Below are positions 37,210 through 46,307 of a DNA stretch of 64,000 bases, one piece after another (position 1 is the first letter of the stretch; every line of letters starts with the position of its first letter). The notes beneath the pieces are model-generated. The model had not been told where the DNA came from. It saw only the letters and a list, made by a program, of their open reading frames with translations, and did not search any database. The stretch lies in NCBI GenBank assembly GCA_965602015.1, contig OZ271918.1, forward strand, positions 3,168,001 to 3,232,000, in the 5' to 3' direction. The stretch is from Salinispira sp. (GTDB lineage Bacteria; Spirochaetota; Spirochaetia; DSM-27196; Salinispiraceae). The translations under genes and the position numbers were made by a program.

Positions 37210-38196
37210 CTACTCTATCAGGTCCCGGTGGCCGTCGAGCACCGCTTCGACCCTGGAAATTATTTCTTCCTGATTAGAAGCGTCGGCCGCTGCGGCATTG
37301 GCCTTCACATGTTCAGCCGAGCGCGCACCGGCAATTACCGACCCCACCCCCGGTACCCGCATAGTCCATAACAGCGCAAGCTGGGCGAGGCTCAGGGCGG
37401 CATCTTTCGCGATGGGCCGAAGCTTGTCCAGGATTTCCAGGTATTTTCCCCGGTTCTCACCGTTGAGCCGGCTGTTGTGCTGCCTCACATCCCCTTCAGC
37501 GAACCTGTCGTTGGCTCCGATTCCTCCGGCGAGCATGCCCTGCATAAGCGGCGAATAGGGCAGCATGGCCATTCCTTCCCGCCGTACGATGGGAAGAATC
37601 TCAGATTTCATCCGGTATTGCAGATCGATTGAGTGATAGCGCTCGGGGTTTTGCTCGAACATATTGAACAGTCCCTGGTACGCATCGATTCCGATGGCAT
37701 TGTGGGCGTATTCCAGATCTTCGGCGGAAAAATTACTGAGACCGAGAAACCGGACCTTCCCGCTTTTCCGCACAGAATCGATGGCTGCAAGGGTTTCGTC
37801 CAGGGGGTAATCCGCACTGGGCCAGTGGACCTGCCACAAATCCAGGTAATCGCAACCCAGCCTTTTGAGACTCTCATCGATCTCATTCACAAGGCTTTCC
37901 CGGCTGAGATCATTCCTGACCTGCTTTTTATCATTCCATACGAGACCGCATTTGCTGGCCAAGAAAACCTGTTTCCTTCGGCTGCCCCGTATGGCCTTGC
38001 CCACCAGCTCTTCGGCGACGCCGAGACCGTACACCGGGGCCGTATCGATAAAGCGAATTCCCTGGTCCACCGCAGTCTGAACGGTCTCCACGTAAGAACG
38101 TTCATCCATTTCGCCCCAGGCACCGCTGATGCCCCAGCTTCCGAAACCTATACCGCTGACCTCCCCGTCGAAGCGGGGCACATGCTGCATTTTCAT
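37210..38196 (-). CDS. Aldo/keto reductase
   Basis: GFGSW, IDTAPVYG, ASKCG, SLKRLGCDYLDLWQVHWP, GLSNF, YSPL. ATG 38196 has SD GAGGAG. Confidence 0.95.
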   Translation of the reverse strand: MKMQHVPRFDGEVSGIGFGSWGISGAWGEMDERSYVETVQTAVDQGIRFIDTAPVYGLGVAEELVGKAIRGSRRKQVFLASKCGLVWNDKKQVRNDLSRESLVNEIDESLKRLGCDYLDLWQVHWPSADYPLDETLAAIDSVRKSGKVRFLGLSNFSAEDLEYAHNAIGIDAYQGLFNMFEQNPERYHSIDLQYRMKSEILPIVRREGMAMLPYSPLMQGMLAGGIGANDRFAEGDVRQHNSRLNGENRGKYLEILDKLRPIAKDAALSLAQLALLWTMRVPGVGSVIAGARSAEHVKANAAAADASNQEEIISRVEAVLDGHRDLIE

Positions 38197-38219
38197 AAAG
38201 ACTCCTCTGTGCAGAAATA

Positions 38220-38260
38220 GCCCTTGAATAGTAGTACGCATTGTACTACTATTCAAGGGC
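38220..38260. promoter_or_regulatory. Perfect 18-bp inverted repeat encoding identical sigma70 promoters on both strands (and likely TrmB operator)
   Basis: GCCCTTGAATAGTAGTAC-gcatt-GTACTACTATTCAAGGGC, which reads TTGAAT-N17-TACTAT on each strand. Confidence 0.8.
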
Positions 38261-38261
38261 C

Positions 38262-39059
38262 ATGGACGACATTATTCGACAGATGCAAGTGCTAGGTTTC
38301 AGTCCCCAGGAAGCAAAGGTTTACCTCAGTCTTCTCAGAGGCGGCAGGCGGACCGGCTATCAGATTGCCAAGGACCTGGGTCTAAACCGCTCCGGGGTAT
38401 ACGGAACCCTTCAGGCGCTGTACAACCGGGGTGCGGTTTATCTGGTCCCCGGCGAGACCCGGGAATACCAGGCCAGGGATCCCGAGGATCTGATCGGAGA
38501 AATCCGGAAGACCTTCGATGCCGCCGCCGAGGACGCAAGCCAGCGGCTCAAGTCCTTCAGCGGCGCAGCGGAAAACGAGCTGTTCTTTAATATCCGCGGC
38601 AAGGATCAGCTGATGATAAAAATCAGGGAGCTTATCGCGGACAGCTCCCGGGAAATTCTCATTAACAGCGACATTCCCGTTGCCGAGTTCGAACCGGAAT
38701 TAAGCCTTGCCTGCCGGCGAGGGGTGAAGGTGATCATGTTTTCCTTCTATCCCCAGGATGTTGGCGACATTCCCATAACATTCATCCAGGCGGGAACGAG
38801 GCCCGACGCAGCGAATCCCCGCTGCGGGGGGAATTCCCGAATAATGCTTACTGCCGACATGAAGCGCTGCATTCTCGGGGGGCTTTCCCAGGGAGATTTC
38901 ACCGCGACATTCAGCTCAAACCCGCTATTGATTTCGGTAATCGCCGAGCACATACATATAGACAGCTACTTGCTCTCCATGCGCACGCAGGCCGGGATGG
39001 ACCGCATCCCCAATAAAATGCTTATGGGAACTTTATTAGAAAAGGAGAATGAAGTATGA
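38262..39059 (+). CDS. TrmB-family transcriptional regulator
   Basis: LGFSPQEAKVYLSLL..TGYQIAK..RSGVYGTLQAL..RG wHTH plus C-terminal effector domain. Confidence 0.92.
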   Translation: MDDIIRQMQVLGFSPQEAKVYLSLLRGGRRTGYQIAKDLGLNRSGVYGTLQALYNRGAVYLVPGETREYQARDPEDLIGEIRKTFDAAAEDASQRLKSFSGAAENELFFNIRGKDQLMIKIRELIADSSREILINSDIPVAEFEPELSLACRRGVKVIMFSFYPQDVGDIPITFIQAGTRPDAANPRCGGNSRIMLTADMKRCILGGLSQGDFTATFSSNPLLISVIAEHIHIDSYLLSMRTQAGMDRIPNKMLMGTLLEKENEV

Positions 39060-40879
39060 GTCACAACAGCATTCCGACCATTGTATTCGACATCACCCCT
39101 GATCATATACAACCGTTTTTTCCCAAAAGAAAGGAAACGGTTACCTTTGCCGTTCTGGTGAAAGGCAGCATCGAGGAACTCATCCTCCAGGGCATGTTTC
39201 AGGGCACCATCCGGAACTACCGTTTCGAGGCTGACGGGAAGCCCCGGGACGGCTGGCAGCGCTACCGCTGCAGCCTTGAGTTCCCTGAAAAGAAGCTCTA
39301 CTTCCATCTGGTGTATAAGGACAACGTCAGATACCGCTATGTCTCCCAGAAGGGACACGGTGACTACCCGCCGGCTCAAAACGACAGCTGGTTATTGATG
39401 TTCGATTTCCAGGCACCCCGATGGCTGGGCGACACGGTCTTCTACCAGATCTTCCCCGACCGGTTCCGCAACGGCAACCCTGATATCGGAGTACGGGACG
39501 GCGAATATCAGTTCGACGGGGGTACCAGTCAGGAGGTGCCATGGAAGTCCCGGCCGTTAGAATGGGACGCCGGAAGATGCATCGATTTTTACAACGGTGA
39601 TTTGGATGGCATCATCCAGGCTATTCCTCATTTCAAGAAACTGGGGGTGAACGCCCTGTACCTCAATCCGATCTTCCACTCACGCACTCACCACCGCTAT
39701 GATTCCATCGACTTTTTCTCGGTAGATCCACACCTGGGAGGCGATGAGGCCCTAGCCCGGCTCAGCGAAGCTCTGCACGCCGAGGGAATAAAGCTCATCC
39801 TGGATATATCGATAAACCACAGCGGTTCCGATCATCCCTGGTTCGTCGAAGGCAAGGCAGGCGGACCCACCAGGGAGTTCTATTATTTCGATGATAATAA
39901 CGAGTACCTGGCCTGGTACGGCTTTTCCACCCTGCCCCAGCTCAATTACCGCAGTGAAAAACTACGGGGAAGAATGTGGCGGGACGCCGATTCGGTGCTG
40001 CGCAAATACCTCAAGCCGCCCTACTCGATTGACGGCTGGCGCTTTGACGTTGCCAACCAGACAGGCCGGAATCACATGGACAACTTCAGCGAGGAAATAT
40101 GGCGCGAAGTGCGCGCAGCCATTAAAGAGGAGAATCCTCAGGCCTACGTCCTGGCAGAGCACTGGGACGACGGTTCGGACATGCTCGACGGCGACCACTG
40201 GGACGCGATTATGAATTATTTCGGATGCGGCCGTCCCATAAGGGCCTGGTTCGGCGAGCAGGACCGGTATCTCACCCTTCCTGCGGAATACCCTCCACGG
40301 AAAACCGAGCCCCTGTCCAACGAGGGATTCGCCGAGTTCCTCAGCCAGAGCCTGCGGGGGATGCCCTCCCAGGCGCGCTTTCTCCAGTTCAATGTGATGG
40401 ATACCCATGACATCTCCCGGTTCCACAACAACCCGGATACCTACAGCAGGGAGAACCTCAGGGCAGCTTTGACCGTTCAATTCATGCTCCCCGGCGCACC
40501 GGTGGTGTATTACGGCGATGAGGTCCTGCTCGACGGTCACCTCGAATCCTGTGAAGGTGTCCGTTACCCCATGGAATGGGATGTAGAACTCTGGGACAGG
40601 GAGACCTTCGACTTCTATAGGGAGCTCATCGAGCTTCGGAAAAATCATGAAGCGTTAAAATGGGGTTCCTTCAAAATTCTCCATAAAGATATACACTTTT
40701 TGGTTCTGGCGAGATATACTTTTAAGCACTGCGTCATAGGGGTCATCAACAGAAGCCCCGAGGCGAGGAGCATATCGATCCCCATGGATTCGCTTCCCCC
40801 TGGGCTTAGCGAATCGGATACGCTCACCCTATCGCTTTCGGGGTACGAAAGCAGGCTTATCCCCCAAATAAGCCGCTGA
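39056..40879 (+). CDS. Cytoplasmic GH13 maltodextrin glucosidase/neopullulanase-like enzyme
   Basis: FYQIFPDRF, LYLNPIF, HRYD, GWRFDVA, EHW, THD, YYGDE. No signal peptide. ATGA overlap with trmB. Confidence 0.9.
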   Translation: MSHNSIPTIVFDITPDHIQPFFPKRKETVTFAVLVKGSIEELILQGMFQGTIRNYRFEADGKPRDGWQRYRCSLEFPEKKLYFHLVYKDNVRYRYVSQKGHGDYPPAQNDSWLLMFDFQAPRWLGDTVFYQIFPDRFRNGNPDIGVRDGEYQFDGGTSQEVPWKSRPLEWDAGRCIDFYNGDLDGIIQAIPHFKKLGVNALYLNPIFHSRTHHRYDSIDFFSVDPHLGGDEALARLSEALHAEGIKLILDISINHSGSDHPWFVEGKAGGPTREFYYFDDNNEYLAWYGFSTLPQLNYRSEKLRGRMWRDADSVLRKYLKPPYSIDGWRFDVANQTGRNHMDNFSEEIWREVRAAIKEENPQAYVLAEHWDDGSDMLDGDHWDAIMNYFGCGRPIRAWFGEQDRYLTLPAEYPPRKTEPLSNEGFAEFLSQSLRGMPSQARFLQFNVMDTHDISRFHNNPDTYSRENLRAALTVQFMLPGAPVVYYGDEVLLDGHLESCEGVRYPMEWDVELWDRETFDFYRELIELRKNHEALKWGSFKILHKDIHFLVLARYTFKHCVIGVINRSPEARSISIPMDSLPPGLSESDTLTLSLSGYESRLIPQISR

Positions 40880-40958
40880 TGATTCGACGCAGTACCCCTT
40901 GATGCGGCAGTCCGTCTGTCTTTGCGGCGGGCTGCCTTTTTTGCCTCCACAATTGCGC

Positions 40959-41007
40959 TTGTGAAAAACGTGTTTCAGCCATATAATAGTGGAAACGTTT
41001 CCACTAT
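40959..41007 (+). promoter_or_regulatory. Sigma70 promoter plus perfect 22-bp LacI operator
   Basis: TTGTGA-N17-TATAAT (40959-40987) overlapped by ATAGTGGAAACGTTTCCACTAT (40986-41007). Confidence 0.88.
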
Positions 41008-41022
41008 CAGGAGCCCGGGCTC

Positions 41023-42003
41023 ATGAGTACCATGAAAGACATAGCGAAATTGGCAGGAGTCGGTCTCGGCACGGTATCCCGTGTCGTCAACGGCACCGGC
41101 CCGGTGAGCGAGGCTACCCGGGAACGGGTTCAGGCGGCCCTTGAGCAAATGCACTACCGGCCGAACAGGATTGCCCGCAAGCTGGTGTCAGGGAAGGCCG
41201 GACGGGGATTCTACGGCGTCCTGATGCCCCTGTTTATTCATCCCTTTTATTTCTACGTCCTGCGGGGAATCAACCGCTTCGTTGAAGAACAGGATATGAA
41301 CCTCATTCTTTTTAACCGGGGCACCCATCCGGAGGAGGCCATTTCCTATTTGCTGCAAGAGGATATTCTCGGTCTGATGGTGATGAGCCACAATCTCAGC
41401 AGGCAGGAGGAGTCCCTCCTGCGGAGCGAGAAACTCGATTTCTGTTATTTGGATTATCACGGCGAACGAAGCCAGGGCGTGTGGATAGATAATTATCTCG
41501 GCGGTGCCGCCGCTGCCGAGTACTTTCTTTCGGGTTCATGCAAAAACATCGCCTTCGTGGGCGATTTGGGCAACTCGCAACAGCAGATTGAGCGCTACAA
41601 CGGCTTTGAGGACACCCTTGAGGCCCGGGGCTGCGGCGTGGCTTTGAGAAAACTTGTTCCCAATCAACCGGCAAGCCTGGAAGCTGTCGAGGAAATTCTC
41701 AGGGAGCGTCCGGAAATCGACGGATTTTTCTTTTTTTCCGACACCCACGCCCTCGAAGCCCTCCCGGCCCTAGCGAAGGCTCCCACCCGCCCCCTGGTAT
41801 GCGGCTACGACAACCTTGATTTCACCAGGTTCCTGGGACTGACCACCGTGCATCAGCCCAAGGAGGAAATGGGATATCAGGGGGCAAGAATGCTTCACCG
41901 AATCATCCACGAACATATTTCCCCTGAAGAGCGCGAGATCGTGCTCAAACCGCATCTGGTAACCCGGGGGCCCCTGGCCCTGAACCATTTTACAGAGGAG
42001 TGA
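41023..42003 (+). CDS. LacI-family transcriptional repressor
   Basis: TMKDIAKLAGVGLGTVSRVVN, YRPNRIAR, GYDN, LTTVHQP. Confidence 0.96.
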   Translation: MSTMKDIAKLAGVGLGTVSRVVNGTGPVSEATRERVQAALEQMHYRPNRIARKLVSGKAGRGFYGVLMPLFIHPFYFYVLRGINRFVEEQDMNLILFNRGTHPEEAISYLLQEDILGLMVMSHNLSRQEESLLRSEKLDFCYLDYHGERSQGVWIDNYLGGAAAAEYFLSGSCKNIAFVGDLGNSQQQIERYNGFEDTLEARGCGVALRKLVPNQPASLEAVEEILRERPEIDGFFFFSDTHALEALPALAKAPTRPLVCGYDNLDFTRFLGLTTVHQPKEEMGYQGARMLHRIIHEHISPEEREIVLKPHLVTRGPLALNHFTEE

Positions 42004-42009
42004 TTCCCC

Positions 42010-44289
42010 ATGATCCGTCCCAAACTACGCGGGAGAGCCGGCGCTCTCTCCATACTCTCCGTATTGATCGTCAGCGCAGCCCTTGCCTCATGCAGCAGTC
42101 CCCCGCCTCCCCCGCCGGCTCCCAGAGCCCCGCGGATTCAAAGGGAGTATCCGGTGAATGAGCCCTGGACTGTGGAGGCCGACCGGGTAGTGCAGGGTGA
42201 CAAAGTAGCCCGGGTTACCGCCGAGGGCGGCATTGAAAGCAGCTACGGCAACAGGATAAAAACCTGGAATCTCTCGGAGGATATTTCGGGGTTGCCGCGA
42301 TTCAGCGCACCAGGGTCGCCGATGCTCGAACTCCTGTACCGCATGGCCCTGGAAGAAGCTCTCCAGGGTATCCGCAGCGACGGGGCGTTTATGGCGGGAC
42401 GGAAATGGACCGGAGTCTGGACCCGGGATATCAGTTACTCTATCCACCTTGGGCTGGCTCATATACTGCCGGAGAACAGCCGTCTCAGCCTGATGGCGAA
42501 AGTCAATGATTTCGGCGAGATCATTCAAGACACCGGAACCGGTGGTTCCTGGCCGATTTCCACGGACCGCATCGTGTGGGCCATTGCCGCCTGGGAACTG
42601 TATCTGGCCCATGCGGATGACAGCTGGCTTGAAGAGGCCATGAGCATCCTTGGAGAAACCCTGAGGCGGGACATGGCTAACGCCGTCGACCCCAACACTG
42701 GTCTGCTGTTCGGCGAAACCTCGTTCCTGGACTGGAGGGAGCAGAGTTACCCCAAGTGGATGGAGCCCAAAGACATTTTCGAGAGCAAGGCCTTCTCAAC
42801 CAATCTCCTGTTCGCCAAGGCCCTGGAAATATACGGAAGAATGAATGCCCTGGCAGGGGATGAGGAAACCGCCGGGGAGTACCTCGGCCGGGCCGCCGAT
42901 CACTACGATATCATCGCCGCTGCCTTCCCCCTGGAGAACGGACTGTACAGCATGTACCTCTACCCGCCGATCCAGGGCAGCCTTCCGTCAGACAAAACCG
43001 GTACACTCAGCAATTCCCTTGCGGTGCTGTTCTCCGCCGACGACGAATCACCGGCTGCCCCCCTGTGGACCGGAGAAATCAGCGCCCGCTTGCCGGCGGT
43101 TCCCTTCGGCATTCCGGTATTCGAACCTCAGCAGCCCAGAATACCGCCTTACCACAATGCGGGGATTTGGCCCTTCGTTGAGGCCTACTATGGTTTGGCC
43201 GCTGCCGCCGAGGGAAACACCGAAGCATTCGAGTTCGCCTACCGGGCCATGAGCCGGAGCGCGGCCCTCTTTCTCAGCCATATGGAAAACATGGTGTACG
43301 ACAACGGCCACTCATCAGGAACCCAGATCAATTCGGAGCGGCAGCTCTGGTCGGTGGCCGGATACCTGTCCATGGTCTACAAGGGCCTGTTCGGCATCCG
43401 CCTCGAAGAGGGCGGGCTATACCTCGAGCCCACGGTGCCCGACATGTTCCCCGGTGGCGAAATCCGTCTGGAAAACTATCGCCTGAGGGGCAGCGAGATT
43501 GCAATAAGCATCAGCGGTTACGGAAACTCCGTTGCCGAGATGACGGTCAACGGGCAACAGACCTTCCCCGGCGAGCTTATAAGCCTGAACGGTGAACCCC
43601 TGGACATCAGCATCATTATGGAATCCGCCGGGGAAACCGGCAGCGTAAACATGATAGCCACGGGAATCGAAGCGCCCCACGAGCCCCAAATTACCGAAGC
43701 TGAAGACGGCACATACTCGTTTCGCAACCTCACCGCCGGTGTAAATAGCCAAGTCTGGAACGGCGAAGCCTTTTCCCCCGCAGCCGAAGGAGTAGTCGAG
43801 CCAAGGCGGGGGGAAATTCTCAGCGTCAGCGCTTCCGCCCCGGCACCGGACGGGCGGACGATCCGCTCGAACCTCAGCCGCTGGCTCTACGATAGGAGCT
43901 CCGCCGTTATCGTTCCGGCTTCGGCGACGGAAAGCTATGTGAAGCTCATCGCCGACGAAGACCAGGTAACAGCATTCAGCGCCGAGCTTCCAGAGCCGGG
44001 ACGGTACTACGTGATTTTCGAATACGCCAACGGCAACGGACCGATCAATACCGATAACAAAACCGCTATTCGCAGCCTGTATGTTAACGGCAGCCCGGCG
44101 GCGACCATCGTTTTGCCCCAACGGGGCACCGAGAGCTGGGGAGATTACGGTTTGTCTTCAGGCGTCATCCTCGACCTGGATTCCCGCATCGCGGAGTTTG
44201 AACTACGTTATCTTGCGGACAACCGTAACATGAATGCGAACGTAAACGAGGCCCGGGTCAGGAATCTCGTACTCATCCCGCTTCAATAG
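42010..44289 (+). CDS. Lipoprotein six-hairpin (alpha/alpha)6 glycoside hydrolase with C-terminal CBM6/35-like module
   Basis: Lipobox LASC plus poly-Pro tether. WTRD, SFLDWREQ, YHNAGIWP, QLWS motifs. C-terminal YANG..IRSLYVNG beta-sandwich. Confidence 0.8.
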   Translation: MIRPKLRGRAGALSILSVLIVSAALASCSSPPPPPPAPRAPRIQREYPVNEPWTVEADRVVQGDKVARVTAEGGIESSYGNRIKTWNLSEDISGLPRFSAPGSPMLELLYRMALEEALQGIRSDGAFMAGRKWTGVWTRDISYSIHLGLAHILPENSRLSLMAKVNDFGEIIQDTGTGGSWPISTDRIVWAIAAWELYLAHADDSWLEEAMSILGETLRRDMANAVDPNTGLLFGETSFLDWREQSYPKWMEPKDIFESKAFSTNLLFAKALEIYGRMNALAGDEETAGEYLGRAADHYDIIAAAFPLENGLYSMYLYPPIQGSLPSDKTGTLSNSLAVLFSADDESPAAPLWTGEISARLPAVPFGIPVFEPQQPRIPPYHNAGIWPFVEAYYGLAAAAEGNTEAFEFAYRAMSRSAALFLSHMENMVYDNGHSSGTQINSERQLWSVAGYLSMVYKGLFGIRLEEGGLYLEPTVPDMFPGGEIRLENYRLRGSEIAISISGYGNSVAEMTVNGQQTFPGELISLNGEPLDISIIMESAGETGSVNMIATGIEAPHEPQITEAEDGTYSFRNLTAGVNSQVWNGEAFSPAAEGVVEPRRGEILSVSASAPAPDGRTIRSNLSRWLYDRSSAVIVPASATESYVKLIADEDQVTAFSAELPEPGRYYVIFEYANGNGPINTDNKTAIRSLYVNGSPAATIVLPQRGTESWGDYGLSSGVILDLDSRIAEFELRYLADNRNMNANVNEARVRNLVLIPLQ

Positions 44290-44334
44290 CGACCGAAAAA
44301 AGAACTGCCTGCCGATGGAAAATGAGTTGAGTAG

Positions 44335-44373
44335 AAAAAGGCTGCCTGAGAACGTTCTCAGGCAGCCTATTTT
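44335..44373. terminator. Bidirectional terminator (perfect 30-bp palindrome)
   Basis: AGGCTGCCTGAGAAC|GTTCTCAGGCAGCCT (44339-44368) flanked by A and T runs between convergent genes. Confidence 0.8.
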
Positions 44374-44426
44374 CGGTAGCACGTCAATGTTCAACCTATG
44401 AACTGTCGGAATCTTCCCCGATCAGC

Positions 44427-46076
44427 TTAATTAGTCGCAACACTAAGGGTTTGTAACGAACCGGCCTCAAAAGCGACTACCATGATGATTAGGTAGTTGT
44501 AGGCGATACCGTCGAGATTCGTTATGCTCTCGGCAGTTGTACCTCCGTTCGTCGACGCCGTAATAAACGTATCGTCAAGATCGAGGAATTGATCCGAGCT
44601 TCCGTATATCTCCAGATCGAAATTACCGTCGAACATGCTCAGGTCGATGTCGAAGAAGCTCATAATCGGATCAACCGGCACAGACCATGCGTAGAAGGTG
44701 CGTTCGACTCGGAAAAAATCATTGGCTGTAAAGTTGATCGTTCCTCCCCCCATCCCGATACCATAGTCGATGTTGTTCGACAAAATGGTAGCATAGCTTC
44801 CAGCGGGAGCTTCAGTAAGACTGAGGGTGAAGTTACTCACCGGATCCCATCCGATGACTTCGACGATGAGATAATCAAACAAATGATTTGAAGTGACTGT
44901 AATGGCATCATCTCCGGCCGCGGCGCTTGAATACATAAATACATCCAATCCGGCATCAAAAAACTGGTCATCACTGCCATAAACCGCCAAATCGGCATCA
45001 CCGGATGTCATCGCTAAACTGATGTCATAACCATAGTAAACAGTGGACGCAATATAGAAATACTGGGTTTCGCTGTCGGTGATGGTACCCGATTGACTCG
45101 AGAAAGTAGTGAGTTCGTTGTCAATAACCAATACCACTACGGTGGCGCTGTCCGATACGCTTCCGTCGCTAACAGTGAGCGTGAAAATATAGTTTCCGAG
45201 TTCACTAAGGGTGAATGATGCCAGGGCGTCAACGGCATTCGAGATTTGCGCGCTGATATCGATTCCACTGGGAGACAAACCGGTCCAGTTGTAGCTGAGG
45301 GGGTCGGTGTCGGGATCGAAGCTTGCGGTTCCGTCCAATATAATTGTCTGTCCGATATTCGAGGAGAAATCCGGACCCGCATCGGCGACGGGAGGAGTAT
45401 TCACACCTCCGGTATCGGTGACAGTCACCGTCACCGTATCGCTGGCAAGGTCTGTCCCGTCATCAACCGTCAGGGTGAAGACATAGTCGCCTACAAGGCT
45501 CACGGTAAATGCCGCAATTTCGGTAGCAGCATTGCTGATCTGGGTGCCGATATCGATACCTCCCGGGGCTGTACCGGTCCATTGGAAGGTCAGGATATCG
45601 CCGTCGGCATCGAAGCTGTTGCTTCCGTCAAGGGTAATGCTTTCTCCGACAGTTGCGGAAAAGTCGGCCCCCGCATCGGCAACCGGAACACTGTTGCCCC
45701 CGGTTCCGCCGCCGGTGACGGTAACGTTGACAGTATCGGTATCTTCGTCAAGGCCGTCGTCCACGGTAATAATAAAACTGTATGTCCCGGACTTTGTCAG
45801 GGTGATGGTTGCTTCTTCATTGAGACGGTTGCTTATATCGGCAGTGACGTCATCACCGTCGGGATCGGTTCCGTTCCAGCGGAATGTGAGCCTGTCTCCG
45901 TCGTTATCATAGCTTCTCGAACCGTCGAGAGTGACGGTCTGCCCGACTGTTGCCGCAAAGTCAGTTCCCGCATCGGCAACCGGCGCTTCATTGTCGACAA
46001 TGAAGCCCAGAAAGTCACAGGAGCCGATGGCAAGGACGACTATTGCAAGGATAAATATTTTTAAAATATTTTTCAT
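44427..46076 (-). CDS. Acidic lipoprotein with three PKD-like and two PPC-like domains
   Basis: Lipobox IGSC-DFLG, 3x PVADAG.D....G....LDGS.S.D.D.D.L...W, 2x DI.L....G..DL..YGS. SD GAGG before ATG 46076. Confidence 0.85.
   Translation of the reverse strand: MKNILKIFILAIVVLAIGSCDFLGFIVDNEAPVADAGTDFAATVGQTVTLDGSRSYDNDGDRLTFRWNGTDPDGDDVTADISNRLNEEATITLTKSGTYSFIITVDDGLDEDTDTVNVTVTGGGTGGNSVPVADAGADFSATVGESITLDGSNSFDADGDILTFQWTGTAPGGIDIGTQISNAATEIAAFTVSLVGDYVFTLTVDDGTDLASDTVTVTVTDTGGVNTPPVADAGPDFSSNIGQTIILDGTASFDPDTDPLSYNWTGLSPSGIDISAQISNAVDALASFTLSELGNYIFTLTVSDGSVSDSATVVVLVIDNELTTFSSQSGTITDSETQYFYIASTVYYGYDISLAMTSGDADLAVYGSDDQFFDAGLDVFMYSSAAAGDDAITVTSNHLFDYLIVEVIGWDPVSNFTLSLTEAPAGSYATILSNNIDYGIGMGGGTINFTANDFFRVERTFYAWSVPVDPIMSFFDIDLSMFDGNFDLEIYGSSDQFLDLDDTFITASTNGGTTAESITNLDGIAYNYLIIMVVAFEAGSLQTLSVATN
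45125..45992 (-). repeat. Three tandem ~99-aa PKD-like coding repeats
   Basis: CCCGCATCGGC(A/G)AC recurs at about 45967, 45671 and 45377 (period about 295 bp). Confidence 0.85.
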
Positions 46077-46092
46077 ATGCACCTCGTAAAGG

Positions 46093-46232
46093 ATTGGATA
46101 TATCAATAGTATAGCGCACAAAAACTGCAGATGACCCTTGCCCGCGATTTTTATTTTAAAAAAATAACACAATTAATGTTGAGTATTTATGTCATAATTA
46201 ATATTTGCTATTTTTAAAACGATATATCCAAT
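46093..46232. repeat. 12-bp inverted repeat pair flanking AT-rich divergent promoter region
   Basis: ATTGGATATATC (46093-46104) and GATATATCCAAT (46221-46232), 116 bp apart. Confidence 0.65.
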
Positions 46233-46235
46233 TTA

Positions 46236-46264
46236 TTGATTTACCCCCTTCTCCATGATAGTAT
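46236..46264 (+). promoter_or_regulatory. Sigma70 promoter of large acidic lipoprotein
   Basis: TTGATT-N17-TAGTAT with extended TG. Confidence 0.6.
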
Positions 46265-46307
46265 GTACCATACCAGACCCCTATCCCATCATATTAGGAG
46301 CCCAAAT

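Noticed and set aside
44339..44368. Palindrome arm AGGCTGCCTG resembling a Neisseriaceae DNA-uptake dialect or REP element
   Set aside because: I saw only this one locus in 64 kb, and a bidirectional terminator explains it fully.
45125..45992. ~295-bp periodic repeats as CRISPR or non-coding repeat
   Set aside because: They are degenerate in-frame PKD domain repeats; no CRISPR array or cas genes are in the window.
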